A DNA stretch of 17,034 nucleotides from a bacterium. Its GTDB lineage: Bacteria; Sysuimicrobiota; Sysuimicrobiia; Sysuimicrobiales; Kaftiobacteriaceae. The notes under the pieces are model-generated. The model was not told the origin of the DNA. It searched no databases and saw only the letters and a program-made list of their open reading frames with translations. Where the stretch lies: assembly GCA_044868695.1 (NCBI GenBank), contig JBIOWP010000045.1, positions 1 to 17,034 of the forward strand. The letters run 5' to 3'. This document shows positions 15,244 through 17,034 of the stretch, one piece after another; the first letter of the stretch is position 1; each line of letters begins with the position of its first letter. Position numbers and translations under genes: made by a program.

Positions 15244-15732
15244 CTAGCGGGCGTAGCGCCGCCGCACAGGGTCGAGCGCGGTGCGGACGGATCGCATGGC
15301 AGGTACGCCCAACAGCAGGAGGACCATCTCAGCGACCAGCAGGCCGGGGAACAGGACCGCGAACGCCACCTTCAGCAGCACCGACAGCATCAGCGAGACG
15401 GCGCCCGCGATGATGAGCGCGTACAGCGCCGCGCCGGCCCACGGTGACCGCCGGCCGACCGCACGGCACACCGAGGCGCCGACCAGATTCGCAAACGGCA
15501 TGAAAATCAGTTCCCACGGACCGGCGAACGGGCTGGCCAGGTTGCTGAGGAAGTTGCCGATGACAAACGCAGGAATCAGATGCGGTTCCCACACCACGAG
15601 CGGCTTGAGAATCTCCGGCACGCGCAGCTGCAGCGGCCCGTAGCTCAACGGGTTCAGGACGATCGTCATCGCCGCATACAGCGCGGCGACGACGCCGATT
15701 TCCGCCAGGGTGGCCGCGGGCCGGAGTCGCAT
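15244..15732 (-). CDS. queT: QueT family queuosine-precursor transporter (ECF S component)
   Basis: Motifs GVVAALYAAMT, PLSYGPLQLRVPE and IGNFLSNLASPF; directly downstream of queF. Confidence 0.85.
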   Translation of the reverse strand: MRLRPAATLAEIGVVAALYAAMTIVLNPLSYGPLQLRVPEILKPLVVWEPHLIPAFVIGNFLSNLASPFAGPWELIFMPFANLVGASVCRAVGRRSPWAGAALYALIIAGAVSLMLSVLLKVAFAVLFPGLLVAEMVLLLLGVPAMRSVRTALDPVRRRYAR

Positions 15733-15737
15733 CTGAA

Positions 15738-16190
15738 CTACCGGGGACCCGGGACCGGGGACCCGGGACCGGGGACCGCCTCCCCCAAGTGAGGATAGCG
15801 GACGCGGCAGATGGTGTGAATGCCGCCGCGGACCTTGTAGTCCAGGGAGATCTCCATCCACTTCGGCCGGACGACCTTCACGAGATCATCGAGCATCCGG
15901 CACACGGCGTGCTCCTGGTAAATGCCCACGTTGCGGTAGGAGAGCAGGTAGTACTTTAACGAACGCAGCTCAAGGATCGTATCTCTGGGCAGATAGCGGA
16001 TGGTGACGGTACCGAAGTCCGGGAGCCCGGACCAGGGGCAGACCGCAGTGAACTCGTCGGTCGCGATGTCGACGGCGACGTCCGTGCCGGTATATTCGTA
16101 TGGGAACGCCTCCAGCACCGCGGTGTCGATGGCCTCGTACCCCGCGACATCAAAACGGCGCTCCGGCGGTGTTTCGACACTCCTGGCCAT
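15738..16190 (-). CDS. queF: NADPH-dependent preQ0 reductase, type I
   Basis: Motifs EFTAVCPWSGLPDFG, ELRSLKYYLLSYRNVGIYQE and VRGGI; SD GGAGG before ATG 16190. Confidence 0.95.
   Translation of the reverse strand: MARSVETPPERRFDVAGYEAIDTAVLEAFPYEYTGTDVAVDIATDEFTAVCPWSGLPDFGTVTIRYLPRDTILELRSLKYYLLSYRNVGIYQEHAVCRMLDDLVKVVRPKWMEISLDYKVRGGIHTICRVRYPHLGEAVPGPGSPVPGPR
15741..15777. repeat. Heptamer tandem repeat (CCGGGGA/CCCGGGA)x5 inside the queF 3' end
   Basis: CCGGGGA CCCGGGA CCGGGGA CCCGGGA CCGGGGA, translated as VPGPGSPVPGPR. Confidence 0.85.
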
Positions 16191-16209
16191 TGCCGATCCC
16201 TCCGCGCAC

Positions 16210-16218
16210 AGTATACCA
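16210..16218 (-). promoter_or_regulatory. Extended -10 promoter (TGgTATACT) for queF-queT
   Basis: TG-G-TATACT lies 19 nt upstream of ATG 16190. Confidence 0.6.
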
Positions 16219-16229
16219 GCCACCGGTCT

Positions 16230-16515
16230 GGTAGTGGTTCAGTCTGGACTGTCATCCGTCTTCTGTGGGGCTGGTGGAAGGCCGCTCCGCTCTCGGGGCG
16301 GGATCGACCAAAGTATGTCGCGGGAAAGAGTAGAAGCCGTCGTGTTCCGTCGCATATTGGCAAGCGAGCAGGCCAGGGAGCGTGAGGCCTGCGCATTCAA
16401 TCCGAAGCCGCCCGACTCGACGCGAGGGACCGCCCCCGAGCAGCCAGCCGCCCGTCCATTCAGACGACCCACTACCTAGAAGAGGGTAGTGGGTATTTCA
16501 AACTGACCCACTACC
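16230..16515. mobile_element. Non-autonomous MITE (286 bp) with 19-bp imperfect terminal inverted repeats and 8-bp target-site duplication ACCGGTCT
   Basis: The left end GGTAGTGGTTCAGTCTGGA (16230-16248) matches the right end TTCAAACTGACCCACTACC (16497-16515) at 16/19. ACCGGTCT occurs at 16222-16229 and 16516-16523. No transposase is encoded. Confidence 0.85.
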
Positions 16516-16530
16516 ACCGGTCTCCGCCGG

Positions 16531-16560
16531 TTGACAGCAGGAGGGCGCGGCTCGTACGAT
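16531..16560 (+). promoter_or_regulatory. Sigma70 promoter TTGACA-18-TACGAT for the ferredoxin gene
   Basis: Perfect -35 at 16531-16536, -10 at 16555-16560, and SD GGAGGT downstream. Confidence 0.65.
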
Positions 16561-16586
16561 GAATGCGTCATGCTCGGAGGTGCTGG

Positions 16587-16955
16587 ATGACCTACATCAT
16601 CGCGGAACCCTGCGTGAACGTCAAAGACCGCTCATGCGTCGAAGTCTGCCCCGTCGACTGTATCTACGAGTACGTCGAGGAGGTCGGCGCATACGTCGTT
16701 CCCGATCCGTCCACCGGCGCAGGGATGGACAAGCAGGTCATTCCCCGGGGCGAAACGACGCACGTCCCACCGGAACAGGGCATCACCAAACAACAGCTCA
16801 AAGCGCAGCTATTCATCCATCCTGAGGAATGCATCGACTGCGGCGCGTGCGAGTCGGTCTGCCCGGTCACCGCGATCTTTCCAGAGGCCAACGTGCCCGA
16901 CAAATGGCAGAGCTACACCAAACTCAACTACGCCGCGTTCGGTGTGAAGAAGTAG
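16587..16955 (+). CDS. 7Fe ([3Fe-4S]/[4Fe-4S]) FdxA-type ferredoxin with an internal insertion
   Basis: MTYIIAEPCVNVKDRSCVEVCPVDCIYE ... LFIHPEECIDCGACESVCPVTAIF ... VPDKW. Confidence 0.92.
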   Translation: MTYIIAEPCVNVKDRSCVEVCPVDCIYEYVEEVGAYVVPDPSTGAGMDKQVIPRGETTHVPPEQGITKQQLKAQLFIHPEECIDCGACESVCPVTAIFPEANVPDKWQSYTKLNYAAFGVKK

Positions 16956-16976
16956 CTCGCATCGCAGCGACGTCCT

Positions 16977-17014
16977 GAAGGCCGCCCGGGCATCCGGGTC
17001 GGCCTTCTCCTTCT
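16977..17014 (+). terminator. Intrinsic terminator after the ferredoxin gene
   Basis: GAAGGCCG-CCCGG-gcat-CCGGG-t-CGGCCTTC followed by pyrimidine-rich TCCTTCT. Confidence 0.65.
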
Positions 17015-17034
17015 CATCCACCAGCGTCTAACCT

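Noticed and set aside
16191..16300. preQ1 riboswitch upstream of queF
   Set aside because: No stem with a GUUC-type loop and A-rich tail is present. The region is explained by an extended -10 promoter and the MITE end.
16459..16515. CRISPR-like repeats (ACCCACTACC recurring)
   Set aside because: The copies are in mixed orientation with no regular spacers or cas genes. They are better explained as transposon ends.

Overview
High-GC bacterial window made mostly of housekeeping and metabolic genes. The first ~485 bp encode a 5'-truncated alphaproteobacterial-type DsbB. It abuts and truncates a convergent DUF2461 gene, which suggests a chimeric or recombination junction near position 482. A minus-strand run follows (in transcription order): nitroreductase, LarE/ExsB-like PP-loop ATPase, GH73 peptidoglycan hydrolase plus 3TM-holin-like gene (no prophage genes nearby), MOSC protein, glyA, stand-alone coaB and DUF2461. 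The plus strand then carries a membrane protein, tRNA-Ser(UGA), a low-GC DHFR/RibD-C islet at the tRNA 3' end, an ICMT-family gene, a sugar ABC permease pair with a Tat-exported binding protein, a CatE-like VOC protein, a Yip1 protein, an unannotated 14-aa Lys-rich micro-ORF followed by a 15-bp hairpin, and P5C dehydrogenase. The window ends with queT-queF on the minus strand, a 286-bp composite MITE with a perfect 8-bp target duplication, and a 7Fe ferredoxin with a ~42-aa insertion. Heptamer tandem repeats and a GTCATTGCGAG-type palindromic element sit at gene boundaries. The strongest leads are the orphan hydrolase-holin cassette, the Lys-rich leader or micropeptide, and the MITE with an internal end-to-end junction. 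All product calls come from motif recognition by eye; no searches were run.
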